Positions 40,041-53,186 are shown, counted from the first letter of the stretch. The stretch is 64,000 bases of DNA from Amphiscolops sp. MND2022 (GCA_964187785.1 OZ076409.1:66714001-66778000); one strand, 5' to 3'. The notes: a model not told the origin generated them from the sequence alone. Translations and numbers: made by a program.

Positions 40041-40636
40041 CGGAATGGAATCAGTTTGTAGAAAACCAGTTTGTAGCATCCAGTTTGCAGAAAAGCCAAG
40101 AATTTTGTTCCACCAAACTGGACCATGGTATTTTTTACGACCAGTTTGCAGAAAAGCCGAGCAGTTCGTGGAAATCAGCTTGAAGGATCGAGCATGTATA
40201 TCATCAATTGAAAAAGAAAAACAATAAGACCGATAATGTAGGAATGATGCAAAGTATAAAACGTGCCTCGGATATGTCCCACTTCCTCTAGTGTCCCGCG
40301 GCCCCTTGGTGCCGCTTATGTTTCCATCTAGCTAAGAGAGGTCGAACAGGAGCAAAAACCTAGCGGGAACGGAGATCGCGAAGCGATCGTAGATGGAGCT
40401 AGTTTTTGCAACGGCTAGGGCGAGCGTGCATTTATCGGATATGCCCCACGTTTCAATTTTAAAATCTTATTCCTTTCGATCTTAGGCAGTGGAGTTCTCA
40501 GGATCTTGTGTGAAGGATGTAGAATGTAATGAATGTAATGATCCAGTTTGTAGAAAATAACCATACAAAGTGGACCATCTAGGGCCAGTTTGTAGAATTC
40601 TACAAACTGGTATTCTACAAACTGGACGTAATTCCT
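40041..40636. mobile_element. MITE with CCAGTTTGTAGAA / TTCTACAAACTGG subterminal repeats, inserted in Gypsy RNase H
   Basis: Interrupts LIRWHVE|LSEYNF. Inverted ends GGAATGGAATCAGTTTGTAG and CTACAAACTGGACGTAATTCC. TSD imperfect (..GGAAC on both sides). Confidence 0.75.
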
Positions 40637-43208
40637 CGGAACTATCGGAATACAACTTCGAAATAAGCTATCATAAGGGTACTTAGAACTTGCCAGCTGA
40701 CGACGTGTCTCGATTAGCGACCATTAGCTGTAAAACTTTACACGTGACACTCGCGCATCCGGAAGTGACCCTACTTTACGAGTATATTCAAAGCGACAAA
40801 GTCCCAATATCCTTAGATGAGTCTAAAAGGGTTACCGAGAACTGCAAAACGTGCGCTCTATGGAAACCGCGATTTTCGACAGTTTCTACCAGTGACCTCT
40901 CCCCACAACCTTGATAACGAAGGAAAAATCTCGCAACCAGGCGATCAGTGCAGAGACAAGGAGACCAACGTAGACCTTGAAATTGGAACCCTGTGTGACC
41001 CACCCGTATCTGTGGAACCAAGGAATATTAGGTCAGTCCGGATTTTTCTCCCTAAGAGATTTTTCCACCTTGAGACGCTCGGTAAAGAAAAAGAAACCAC
41101 CTACAAACCTGGGCGATTCTGCGTTGGCGACGAACTAGAGATGAGAAACGGGATGGAGTGTTATGAATGTAACACTTTTATATGTAGTTATTAAAACTGG
41201 TATATAATGTCGTTGCGTTATTTGTTAGCCTATATGTTGTATGATTGCTTCAGATGATTGCTTATCAAATGGAAACTTCCTGCAAGTAGTGTTTTCCTCC
41301 ACGACATCAGATACCATGATCATTCTTCGTGATTGTTTCCTTAACGATTCGTTGAAAATTCAGTTCATTTTTTTCTTTCCACTATCAGATACCATGATGT
41401 TCGTCATCAATCAAGTGCCATATTTACCTCTTTATCATCATGTTGGGGGGATAGTAACGAAAAGTGGTCAGCAACGAAGGTAGGGAGCCCCATATCAGCC
41501 ACTATCCCAGTAGACGATTGAAAAAGAAAACAACCAACAAACTATTCATACCAGCCACTATCCCAGTCGATCGGTAGAAATAAATTTTCAAATTTTTGGA
41601 TTTGGACTTGAATAGGTTGTTTTTAGCCTTTTCTAGAGTTAAAAAGGTTTGGCTGAATTTTCTAGTCATTTGACCTAAAAATTTTGAGCGTAGGCGATGA
41701 CCTAATTGTTGTGATGTGCTGGTTGAATAGCTTCAGAGATGGCAATGATTTGAATTTGCGACAACTGGACAACATCTCTGACGCTGTTTTGTTGGTTTGT
41801 TGCTGTACTTGGGCTGAAAGAACCATCAAAACCCGATGAGATAATTCCATTTATATTTCATTTTACCAATTCAAGGTTTTGTTCCAAATACGGAGTGCTT
41901 CACTGTTGTGATTGTTTTTTGGGGAGATTGGCACATCACCAAATGTGGTGGTATTCCTGCTATTGGTTAGGTTTCAAGGTTGAGTGGTGATGAAAAACAA
42001 CGAAACCTGCAACGCTCTGAAGTGTTTTAAGTCTTCAGGGTTGATAGAGTGTTAATTTGTAGGCTTTGCAACGGAAGGGTTCTTATAAAATGCGTCAATT
42101 CATCAAGAATGGAGGCCCAGAGCCTTGCCGACTTTAAATATAGTAGGTGTTCTTTAGTGGAAACAATCCGTCAGTGTCAGGATAATAACTCTAGACCAGA
42201 CACCCTTTTTAATTCAGGCGTTGTTCACTTGAGAAGAGTTCGTAAATTCATGGATCACCCTAGCTGAAAACTTGTTACCCAAAATTAATGATGTTTGTCA
42301 AATATTGCTTTGTCGTGCTTCCTGCTGACCTCTCTAAGCTGTTTTTTGGAAAAACCACCTCCAGGAGGTAAAACTCAGAAGTCATCCCTCATTGCAATTA
42401 TCAACAAGCGTAATCGGGATGGTGTCCTTGAGAAAAAACCGAAACGCGACAGAAAACGGCAGCAAAAAAAAACGAGTTAGATCGACGTTTGCGTTACATT
42501 TGCACTAAACTAGACGAAGCTGGCCGACTTAGGCCGGAATCTGAATGGCAGTAGTCGACGACAAGATTGCAGATTTCACGGTCGACAACTACGCTGCCCT
42601 CAAGTTGAAACATCCGCAGTGGGAAACTTGCTCTGTTCCGGACTGTTCCTGAGAACCAGTACATGTTTTATTCATGCAACTCTCTTGGAAAAATATGACA
42701 AAACCGTACTCGACGGGCTTTCCAAAGTGTGTATCGTGAACTTCGACAATATTTCGCGGACTCAGCTGGCTCTGCCCGCTGAGATGGGTGGTCTCGGGGT
42801 TTCATCTCCATCATTATCAGCACTTTCCGCCTTTCTGGCCACAGCTTTTGATGCGAGTGACTTTCTCACGACGATTTTATTGGAAACAATCGAAGATGTT
42901 TCGTTAACAAAAGAGCTCGAGAAATGGTTGAGTTTAACGAATGAACAAGAAAGTCCTCTCGATGAAACTCAGAAAAATTGGACACAACCTGTCCACATCA
43001 AAACCGCCCAAGATTTGATTTCTGGAATGTATGACAAACGTTCGAAAATTTTTAACGCTCATCAAGGCAATTTCGGTTCTCAATGGCTCAAGGTCATTCG
43101 TTGCAAGAACCTAGGCCTGAAACTTTATGATCAGCAGTTTCGGATTTCAATTGGTATGCGTTTCGGAGCCAACATCTGAGTTGCCGATACGTGCCAAGTG
43201 GTAAGAAT

Positions 43209-44091
43209 CAGGGAATTCAAGATAAGACCGAGACTTTCGAGACCGAGACCAAGACTTTTTTGTCGAGACCGAGACTCGAGATTTTCTCCTCAAGATTCGA
43301 GACTTCGAGACCGAATTTCGAGACTTTTTATAATGTTTTAACAACTCGAGAAAAACTTTTTAGGCAACAAATATTGGTATATCCGATCGCAATCGCATTT
43401 AATCGAATTTTGGGACGTTTTTGCCACAGTTGTGTTTTTTAGGGTTATGGACAACGACGTCGAGGAAGTTGCTCCACAAACGCAACGAAAGAAAATCGAA
43501 TTCAAACACATTCCTGGAATCAGTCCAATTAATAATTTTTATGAAATTAAATTCATTAATGGCCATCCATCCGATTTTCGCAGGTAACTCACGTGCAAAA
43601 AAGAAATCAAATGTTCCAATTCAAACACTACAGGTTTGCATAAACACAGAGAAAGTTTTTTGAAAACGGGACTTATTAACAATGTTGCATGGTGTCATGG
43701 ATGCGACAGATGATCATGGATATGTATCAACTAGTCGCATATCCTACAACGAATGGAAAACACAGCCTTCTCGGATTAATTTTGATATTCTCAAGTTCTG
43801 CCAAATTTCAAGCCCTGCAGTGTGGACGTTGGGCGACTATTTTCGTTGGGAGGATATCCAAAATTTTTCTACAAAGCAAGATTTCCATCAGTAGCCACAA
43901 CCGAAATGTTTTTCTGAACAAAAACCATCAATTTCTTCCAGTATTTAAATAAAACCTTCATTAAGTTATATGAATAAATCCTTCATTGTACCGCATTTGT
44001 TTTATTATGTTTGACGAAAGATATTTAGCATATTATCTGCTAAATTATAGTGTCCGGTTAAAGACCTATTTACAGCCACCCGATTTCCCTG
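43209..44091 (+). mobile_element. Deleted hAT derivative (GAGACC subterminal repeats), 8-bp TSD
   Basis: GTAAGAAT|CAGGGAATTC ... GATTTCCCTG|GTAAGAGT. Remnants KPCSVDVGRLFSL and SHNRNVFLNKNHQFL are related to the 35455-35590 remnant. Confidence 0.8.
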
Positions 44092-44298
44092 GTAAGAGTT
44101 GAACGGGACGGTTTACACGGTCTTTCTTGCACCAAGAGTGCTGGTCGCTTCTCACGTCAAGCTACTCTCAATTCTCTGATAAAGCAGACGTTGGGATCTC
44201 TCGACTTGCCTTCAGTGCTCGAACCGCGTGGTTTGTACCGAACTGATGGCAAACGCCCAGACGGTGTTACCATGATTCCTTGGGAAATGGGTAAACAG

Positions 44299-44598
44299 GG
44301 GTGGCTGTAAATAGGTCCAACTTTTCTGGTCGAAAGGACAGAGGTCGAACCTTTTGATCGAATTGCAGGGATCGAATGGAATGCGGTCGAATTTTATCGT
44401 ATTCATTGTATGGCTGGGTCGCTTCGCTCCCTTGCTTCACTCCTGCATTCAGGGCACTAGGGGTATGTGAACATATCTGACTACGTTATAAAAATTTCGA
44501 TCCGAGTTGTCTCGATCCCATTCAAAAAATTTGGTATGTCAACCTGAGGACTAACTCTGATTTTCGATCCTGTTCCTTCGACCTACTTCCACCCATCC
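44299..44598. mobile_element. Mutator-like MITE (GGGTGG termini, 9-bp TSD), copy A
   Basis: GGTAAACAG|GGGTGGCTGTAAATAGGTC ... GACCTACTTCCACCCATCC|GGTAAACTG. Same family as 52198-52547. Confidence 0.9.
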
Positions 44599-44710
44599 GG
44601 TAAACTGCTGGTATGGGATGTCACGGTTGTGGATGCTCATGCACCCAGCTGTCTGAATCAAGGCTCCTTATGCAATCCGAGAACCACCGCCACCGAGGGT
44701 GAAGCGCGTA

Positions 44711-45030
44711 TATCAAGGTTTGCCATCCGCCTCGCAAGGCGCGAACGATCAAATGATGAGCCACGACCCCTAAAGTTCAAGTACCTGCCAGATGACATCG
44801 CACACACAACTTTTGATGCCGCACATTGATGCACCTGTTTGTGCGATACAACAGAAAACTCTTGATACCGCACAATTTTTGTTGACTGACAGGTACCTGT
44901 CGCGGTGCTATATATACCCGATGCTGAACCACTTCTACCATCAATTGCAATTGTATATACATAAACCAAGTCTGATCATAACTAATCAATCTCAATTCAG
45001 TTCTTCATTCCTACCCAACCTGTTTTGAAA
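44711..45030 (+). repeat. Copia LTR1 (320 bp)
   Basis: TATCAAGG...GTTTTGAAA. 6 substitutions counted versus LTR2. Confidence 0.95.
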
Positions 45031-45103
45031 GGTTATGGGCCCAGCAGCTTCCCAGACGACGCCATCTACTTAGCTGATCACAGCCTCACCAGCGCAGATC
45101 ACG

Positions 45104-48100
45104 ATGACGGCACCACGACACTCTCGACAAGAGAAGCTGCTGTTTAGTGGACGAGAGGATGACTTCCCCATTTTTCTGGAGCAGTTCGAAGCAAGAGTCT
45201 ATGCCCTGGGACTTTCTGACTGCCTTCTGGACAGAATCAAAACAACACCTCAAAAAGATGTGGAGACGAATGATGAACGTGTCAAGCGAGAGGGGGATGA
45301 AGCAGATCGAGCCAAACTACAGTACATGGTGTTGTGCGAGCTGGTTCAGTGCCTTGACAAGGCAAGCATCAACTTCATCAGAGGGCACAAGCCGAATGGG
45401 ACTGCAGCCTGGACAGCTTTGACGAAGCTCCACAAATCAACTGAACGGCCTCGTGTTCAATCACTGACGACACAGCTCACTGGTCTCAAGATGACATCAG
45501 GGGAGAAGGTGACTGACTACCTCACCAAAGCAGAAGGGCTCAAACTGGATCTGGCTGAAGCGGGGGAAGTGGTCTCAGATGCTCTCTTCACAGCGATGAT
45601 TCTCAAGGGTCTTCCAAGTGACTTCGACAGTGTAGTGGCAGTCCTCAACTTCGGCACAGCAAAGGGGTACTACGAGATGAAGCAGGACTTGGTCAACTTC
45701 GCAGCAACCAGGGGTCTCTGTGTTTCCAGCGAGACATCGATGACAACATTTCACTCAGCCGGGAGAAAGCCTCCAAAGTGCTTCAAGTGTGGAAAGATGG
45801 GGCACCGAGCTAAGGACTGCCACAGTCGGGAGACGAGAACTTGCTTCAACTGTGGTCAGAAAGGGCATCTGGCTTCAACTTGCAGGAAGGGACAGCAAAA
45901 GAGCTCAAGTGGAGGATGTGGCTCGGGTCAATCCAGCAACCATTCATCAGCGGACTTCTTCAGCTTCGGCGATTTCAGGGCTGGTTGCTACGACAAGGGG
46001 AGCATTGAGCTTCTCATTGACTCTGGGTGCAACTGCTTCATGATCAAGAACAAAGAGTTTTTCTCTGATCTGGACGAGGGTTTTCTGGCAGACGTATGCA
46101 ACGCTAACAGCAGTCGTTCAGAGATCAGAGGACGTGGGACAGTGCGATGCTTTGTGAAGGACAATACGGGCCGTTCTTGTTTACTGGAACTGAAGGATGC
46201 CTTCTGGGTACCATCCTACGCGAGGAATCTGGTGTCGGTCAAGCGATTGACGGACAAGGGGGCAATGATCCAGTTCAATGACGACCCAACCATCAAGATG
46301 CCCAATGGAACTGTTGTGCCAATGATGACAAACGACGAACTTTTCAGTGTGAAGGCTCAACCTGTGGAGACGGGGTCACTGGCAATGATGTCTCACTCTA
46401 TCAAGCACTGGCATCGAGTGATGGTGCACAACAAATGGCACGATGTGGCAAAGTTGCAGCAAGAGGTCGTGGGCATGAACATCTCTGGCTCCGAAAAGAA
46501 GACGAACTGCAACATCTGCTGCACCGAGAAGGCGAAGCGGGCATCCATTCCGAAGACGTGGGGCACTCGAGCGAAAACTAACCTGGCTATCGTTCACACA
46601 GACGTGCTCGGACCCATTCAGCAGGAGTCCCACGAGAGTTTTCGCTCTGCAGTGGGCTTCATCGACATTTACAGCCGTTTCGGGGCAGTATACCCAATGA
46701 AGTCAAAGGATGAGGTCACCGCAAAGTTACAACGATTCTTCATCGAGGTTGGCCTGGCACCTTGGTTTCAAGCGGGGCTCTCGAGTTCAAGTCAAAGCAG
46801 TTCAGTGACTTGTGCACATCCAATGGCATCAAACAGGAGTTCTCTGCTCACTACACACCCGAATAAAACGGCAAAATCGAGCGAGCATGGGGCACTGTGA
46901 CTGGCATGACGCGATGCATGATGGCAACTGCAGCGGTCCCAAAGCAGTTTTGGCCTTTTGCTCTTTCAACTGCCATCTACCTGAAGAATCGATCAATCCA
47001 CTCGGCGCATGGCAAGACCCCTTTTGAGGTGTTTCACGGAAGGAAGCCTGACCTTTCACATCTTCACGTGTTTGGGTGCCAGTCGTTTGTGCTCAACGAA
47101 GTCAGGAAGAAGCTGGACAGCAAGGCACGGGAAGCTATTCTACTGGGATACTCGGGAAATTCTAAGGCATATATAGTAGCCTCAACAGACGGGTCAGAGA
47201 CAAGGGCACCAAAGGTCTGGGTATCACGAAACGTCAACTTCAACGACGATGCATTTCCTTACCAACGTGGTTCTTGGGAATTTCCTTCAAATGGGGTGAC
47301 GGTTCGCTGACAATGAAGCATCAGGGGTATGTGTGAGCAACCTACTTCGCAAACACGGTATGGGCGAAAGCAAGGCAGCTTCAACACCACTCGCAGACAA
47401 GCTGGATCTGACGAAGGATCAGATGCCAGAAGACGGATCAGATAAGCAACAGCAAATGTTGAGACATGACTACAGAGGCCTGGTGGGTAGCATTGCTTAC
47501 CTCTCACTGTCCACTCGACCAGACCTGGCTTTCCCGGCCCAACTACTTTCTCGATTTCTTAGCAACCCTGGATTTGGTCACTGGCAAGCAGCGAAGGACG
47601 TGTTACGCTACCTCAGAGGTACAGCTGACGTGGGCATCACTTTCATTAAGTGCGATGATACAGGCCTAAATGGATACACGGATTCAGACTATGCCAGCTG
47701 CAAGGACGATAGACGAAGCAACACTGGTTTCTGCTTCATCGTCTGTAGTGGGGCAATATCGTGGGCTGGTAGACGACAAACGTGTGTAGCGACTTCAACC
47801 ACTGAGGCAGAACTTCATGCCTTGAACGAAGCCGTGAAGGAAGCGGTGCATTTGCGGGGGATTCTGGACACTCTTGGAGAATCCATAGCGACGACTTTGT
47901 TCACGGACAGTCAATCGTGACTAGCATTAGCAACCAGAGATGACAACAGCGCAAAGACGAAACACTTTGCAACTCGGATGGCCTCTGTGCGGGAGACAGT
48001 GAAGAATCAGTCGATTGATCTGAAGTTTATTGCAAGTGGTGGCAATTGCGCTGACCTTTTCACGAAGTGACTGGGTAAGACAAAGACGCAACAACACTTT

Positions 48101-48124
48101 GCTCGGTTGTCGGCAATGCGGGGG
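45104..48124 (+). pseudogene. Copia gag-pol copy 1, disrupted
   Basis: Open for ~550 codons, then a 4-bp deletion (~46752), stops (46864, 47918, 48068), a 995-bp RT deletion at 47265-47274 and a 2-bp insertion (~47330). Confidence 0.95.
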
Positions 48125-48444
48125 TATCAAGGTTTGCCATCCGCCTCGCAAGGCGGGAACGATCAAATGATGAGCCACGACCCCTAAGGTTCAAGTACCT
48201 GCCAGATGACATCGCACATACAACTTTTGATGCCGCACATTGATGTACCTGTTTGTGCGATACAACAGACAACTCTTGATACCGCACAATTTTTGTTTAC
48301 TGACAGGTACCTGTCGCGGTGCTATATATACCCGATGCTGAACCACTTCTACCATCAATTGCAATTGTATATACATAAACCAAGTCTGATCATAACTAAT
48401 CAATCTCAATTCAGTTCTTCATTCCTACCCAACCTGTTTTGAAA
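48125..48444 (+). repeat. Copia LTR2 (shared, 320 bp)
   Basis: Preceded by PPT and followed by PBS. Confidence 0.95.
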
Positions 48445-48517
48445 GGTTATGGGCCCAGCAGCTTCCCAGACGACGCCATCTACTTAGCTGATCACAGCCT
48501 CACCAGCGCAGATCACG

Positions 48518-51500
48518 ATGACGGCACCACGACACTCTCGACAAGAGAAGCTGCTGTTTAGTGGACGAGAGGATGACTTCCCCATTTTTCTGGAGCAGTT
48601 CGAAGCAAGAGTCTATGCCCTGGGACTTTCTGACTGCCTTCTGGACAGAATCAAAACAACACCTCAAAAAGATGTGGAGACGAATGATGAACGTGTCAAG
48701 CGAGAGGGGGATGAAGCAGATCGAGCCAAACTACAGTACATGGTGTGGTGCGAGCTGGTTCAGTGCCTTGACAAGGCAAGCATCAACTTCATCAGAGGGC
48801 ACAAGCCGAATGGGACTGCAGCCTGGACAGCTTTGACGAAGCTCCACAAATCAACTGAACGGCCCCGTGTTCAATCACTGATGACACAGCTCACTGGTCT
48901 CAAGATGACATCAGGGGAGAAGGTGACTGACTACCTCACCAAAGCAGAAGGGCTCAAACTGGATCTGGCTGAAGCGGGGGAAGTGGTCTCAGATGCTCTC
49001 TTCACAGCGATGATTCTCAAGGGTCTTCCAAGTGACTTTGACAGTGTGGTGGCAGTCCTCAACTTCGGCACAGCAAAGGGGTACTACGAGATGAAGCAGG
49101 ACTTGGTCAACTTCGCAGCAACCAGGGGTCTCTGTGTTTCAAGCGAGACATCGATGACAGCATTTCACTCAGCCGGGAGGAAGCCTCCAAAGTGCTTCAA
49201 GTGTGGAAAGATGGGGCACCGAGCTAAGGACTGCCACAGTCGGGAGACGAGGACTTGCTTCAACTGTGGTCAGAAGGGGCATCTGGCTTCAACTTGCAGG
49301 AAGGGACAGCAAAAGAGCTCAAGTGGAGGATGTGGCTCGGGTCAATCCAGCAACCATTCATCAGCGGACTTCTTCAGCTTCGGGGCTTTCAGAGCTGGTT
49401 GCTACGACAAGGGGAGCATTGAGCTTCTCATTGACTCTGGGTGCAACGGCTTCATGATCAAGAACAAAGAGCTCTTCTCTGATCTGGACGAGGGTTTTCT
49501 GGCAGACGTATGCAACGCTAACAGCAGTCGTTCAGAGATCAAAGGACGCGGGACAGTGCGATGCTTTGTGAAGGACAATACGGGCCGTTCTTGCCTACTG
49601 GAACTGAAGGATGCCTTCTGGGTACCATCCTACGCGAGGAATCTGGTGTCGGTCAAGCGATTGACGGACAAGGGGGCAATGATCCAGTTCAATGACGACC
49701 CAACCATCAAGATGCCCAATGGAACTGTTGTGCCAATGATGACAAACGACGAACTTTTCAGTGTGATGGCTCAACCTGTGGAGACGGGGTCACTGGCAAT
49801 GATGTCTCACTCTATCAAGCACTGGCATCGAGTGATGGGGCACAACAACTGGCACGATGGGCATGAACATCTCTGGCTCCGAAAAGAAGACGAACTGCAA
49901 CATCTGCTGCACCGAGAAGGCGAAGCGGGCATCCATTCCGAAGACGTGGGGCACTCGAGCGAAAACGAAACTGGCTATCGTTCACACAGACGTGCTCGGA
50001 CCCATTCAGCAGGAGTCCCACGAAGGTTTTCGCTATGCAGTGGGCTTCATCGACAGTTACAGCCGTTTCGGGGCAGTATACCCAATGAAGTCAAAGGATG
50101 AGGTCACCGCAAAGTTACAACGATTCATCATCGATGTTGGCCGGCCTGGCACCTTGGTTTCAGACGGGGCTCTCGAGTTCAAGTCAAAGCAGTTCAGTGA
50201 CTTGTGCACATCCAATGGCATCAAACAGGAATTCTCTGCCCCCTACACACCCGAAGAAAACGGCAAAATTGAGCGAGCATGGGGCACTGTGACTGGCATG
50301 ACGCGATGCATGATGGCAACTGCAGCGGTCCCAAAGCAGTTTTGGCCTTTTGCTCTTTCAACTGCCATCTACCTGAAGAATCGATCAATCCACTCGGCGC
50401 ATGGCAAGACCCCTTTTGAGATGTTTCACGGAAGTAAGCCTGACCTTTCACACCTTCACGTGTTTGGGTGCCAGTCGTTTCTACTCAACGAAGTCAGGAA
50501 GAAGCTGGACAGCAAGGCACGGGAAGCTATTCTACTGAATACTCGGGAAATTCTAAGGCATATGTAGTAGCCTCAACAGACGGGTCAGAGACAAGGGCAC
50601 CAAAGGTCTGGGTATCACGAAACGTCAACTTCAACGACGATGTGTTTCCTTACCAACGTGGTTCTGCAGTCACCCAAGGGGAGAGCGAGGACGATGATGC
50701 ATCTCAATCAGATGTTGATGATCTGAAATCGGGGTCAGATGAACAATGCGAGACCACATCTACGAAAACCCGTGCAATCCAGGGCGATTCAGAAGATAAC
50801 ATCAATCCAGACGATGGGACACCCAATGTTCAGACAGTACAACAGCAGTGCAGCAGACGACAACCAGATGTTCGGGAAGGACTCGAAGGGCGCCTCAACA
50901 CTTCGGCGACTATGTGACACGGAGAGAATTGGAGAACCTGGCACTTCACTGTGATGCTTTGATTTCAAGAGGCCTTCCAAGCAATACAGCAGACGCCCTG
51001 GCGGATCCCAACTGGAAAGCAGCGATGGACAGAGAATTCAAATCTTTGGAAGAAAATGGTGTCTGGGAGCTAGTCAAGCCACCATCAGGACAAGGCATCA
51101 TCAGCGGAAAGTGGCATTTTGCTCATAAACTAGATGACGAAGGAAACGTGGTGAAGTACAAGGCGCGATTCGTGGCACGGGGTTCACTCAGACGCCAGGC
51201 ATTGATTTTCACGACACCTACTCACCAACGGCGAAGCTGTCTACACTCAGAACTGTCCTGGCATGTGGGGTGAAGCTGGGTATGCATTTCAATCAGATGG
51301 ACATAAAGACAGCATACCTGAACGCACCAATTCAAGAAGACATCTACATGGAGCAGCCAGAGGGGTACCAAAAGGGCAAACAGATGGTGTGCAAGCTTAA
51401 GCGGTCACTTTATGGACTAAAACAATCGGGGCGCAATTGGTATCAGTGTCTCTCTTCCCATCTGTTTGAGCTCAACTTCAAGGCATCACTTCACGACCCT

Positions 51501-52912
51501 TGCTTGCTGACTCTGACGACGAATGGTCACAAGTGCTGGATAGTGATCTGGGTGGATGATATTCTTTACGGGTCAACCGACAGTCAATTTACCACGTGGT
51601 TCAATGACAAGATGAGCGAACGGTTCAACATTGGCGAAAGCGGTCCTCTGACGTGGTTCTTGGGAATTTCCTTCAAGTGGGGTGACGGTTCGCTGACAAT
51701 GAAGCATCAGGGGTATGTGAGCAACCTACTTCGCAAACACGGTATGGGCGAGTGCAAGGCAGCTTCAACACCACTCGCAGACAAGCTGGATCTGACGAAG
51801 GATCAGATGCCAGAAGACGGATCAGATGAGCAACAGCAAATGTTGAGACATGACTACAGAAGCCTGGTGGGTAGCATTGCTTACCTCTCACTGTCCACTC
51901 GACCTGACCTGGCATTCCGGGCCCACCTACTTTCTCGATTTCTTAGCAACCCTGGATTTGCTCACTGGCAAGCAGCGAAGCACGTGTTACGCTACCTCAG
52001 AGGTACAGCTGACGTGGGCATCACCTTCATGAAGTGGGATGATACAGGCCTAAATGGATACACGGATTCAGACTATGCCAGCTGCAAGGACGATAGACGA
52101 AGCATCACTGGTTTTTGCTTCAACGTGGGTAGTGGGGCAATATCGTGGGCTGCTAGACGACAAACATGTGTAGCGACTTCAACCACTGAGGCAGAACGGG
52201 TGGCTGTAAATAGGTCGAATTTTTCTGGTCGAAAGGACTGAGGTCGAACCTTTTGATCGAATTACAGGGATCGAATGGAATGCGGTCGAATTTCATCGTA
52301 TTTGTTGTATGGCTCGGTCGCTTCGCTCCCTTCGCCAAGTAGCAACATTGAGGCATGGCCATATGGCACGTCGCTCCGCTTCGCTTCGCTCCTGCATTCA
52401 GGGCACTAGGGGTATGTGAACATATCTGACTACGTTATAAAAATTTCGATCCGAGTTGTTTCGATCCCATTCAAAAATTTGGTACTGTCGACCTGAGGAC
52501 TAACTCTGATTTTCGATCCCGTTCCTTCGACCTATTTCCGCCCACCCAGGCAGAACTTCATGCCTTGAGCGAAGCTGTAAAGGAAGCGGTGCATTTGCGG
52601 GGGATTCTGGACACTCTTGGAGAATCCATAGCGACGACTTTGTTCACCGACAGTCAATCGTGCCTAGCATTAGCAACCAGAGATGACAACATCGCAAAGA
52701 CGAAACACTTTGCAACTCGGATGGCGTATGTGCGGGAGACAGTGAAGAATCAGTCGATTGATCTGAAGTTTATTGCAAGTGGTGACAATTGCGCTGACAT
52801 TTTCACGAAGGGACTGGGTAAGACAAAGACGCAACAACACCTTGCTCGGCTGTCGGCAATGCGGGGGTATCAAGGTTTGCCATCCGCCTCGCAAGGCGGG
52901 AACGATCAATGA
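48518..52912 (+). pseudogene. Copia gag-pol copy 2, full length but frameshifted
   Basis: 26-bp deletion at ~49860, frameshifts at ~50537, ~50845 and ~51183, and a MITE in RNase H. The reading frame ends inside the 3' LTR. Confidence 0.95.
52198..52547. mobile_element. Mutator-like MITE copy B inside Copia RNase H
   Basis: Perfect 9-bp TSD AGGCAGAAC (52189-52197 and 52548-52556). GGGTGGCTGTAAATAGGTCGAA ... TTCGACCTATTTCCGCCCACCC. Confidence 0.95.
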
Positions 52913-53186
52913 TGAGCCACGACCCCTAAGGTTCAAGTACCTGCCAGATGATATCGCACATACAACTTTTGATGCCGCACATTGATGTACCTGTTTGTGC
53001 GATACAACAGACAACTCTTGATACCGCACAATTTTTGTTTACTGACAGGTACCTGTCGCGGTGCTATATATACCCGATGCTGAACCACTTCTACCATCAA
53101 TTGCAATTGTATATACATAAACCAAGTCTGATCATAACTAATCAATCTCAATTCAGTTCTTCATTCCTACCCAACCTGTTTTGAAA
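52868..53186 (+). repeat. Copia LTR3 (319 bp)
   Basis: One substitution and one 1-bp deletion versus LTR2. Confidence 0.95.

Larger units (their letters stand above)
36905..41306 (+). mobile_element. Degenerate Ty3/Gypsy element: LTR - SGNH-like ORF - gag - PR - RT - RH - truncated IN - LTR
   Basis: LTR remnants ~36905-37018 (ends CAACA) and 41159-41306 (TG..CA after purine tract GGGATGGAG). gag MKFKLPD..EKWKWWKKC; knuckle CHKCPKAGNWASVC; PR MIDTGSTLSFI; RT LRMVIDYSQTIN and YFDDV; RH EIDASG and VEREAIAI; IN H..AHP..CKTC. Confidence 0.9.
44711..53186 (+). mobile_element. Tandem Ty1/Copia array LTR-internal-LTR-internal-LTR
   Basis: Three near-identical LTRs. PBS GGTTATGGGCCCAG follows LTR1 and LTR2; PPT GCGGGGG precedes LTR2 and LTR3. 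Domain order gag(2xCCHC)-PR(LIDSG)-IN(HTDVLGP, SDGALEF, ENGKIER)-RT(QMDIKTAYL, LYGLKQSG, WVDD)-RH(GYTDSD, STTEAE). Confidence 0.98.

Noticed and set aside
44777..45028. Short ORFs repeated three times (MRLISYDQTW..., MTSHTQLL...)
   Set aside because: They recur only because they lie within the Copia LTRs. No coding signature.
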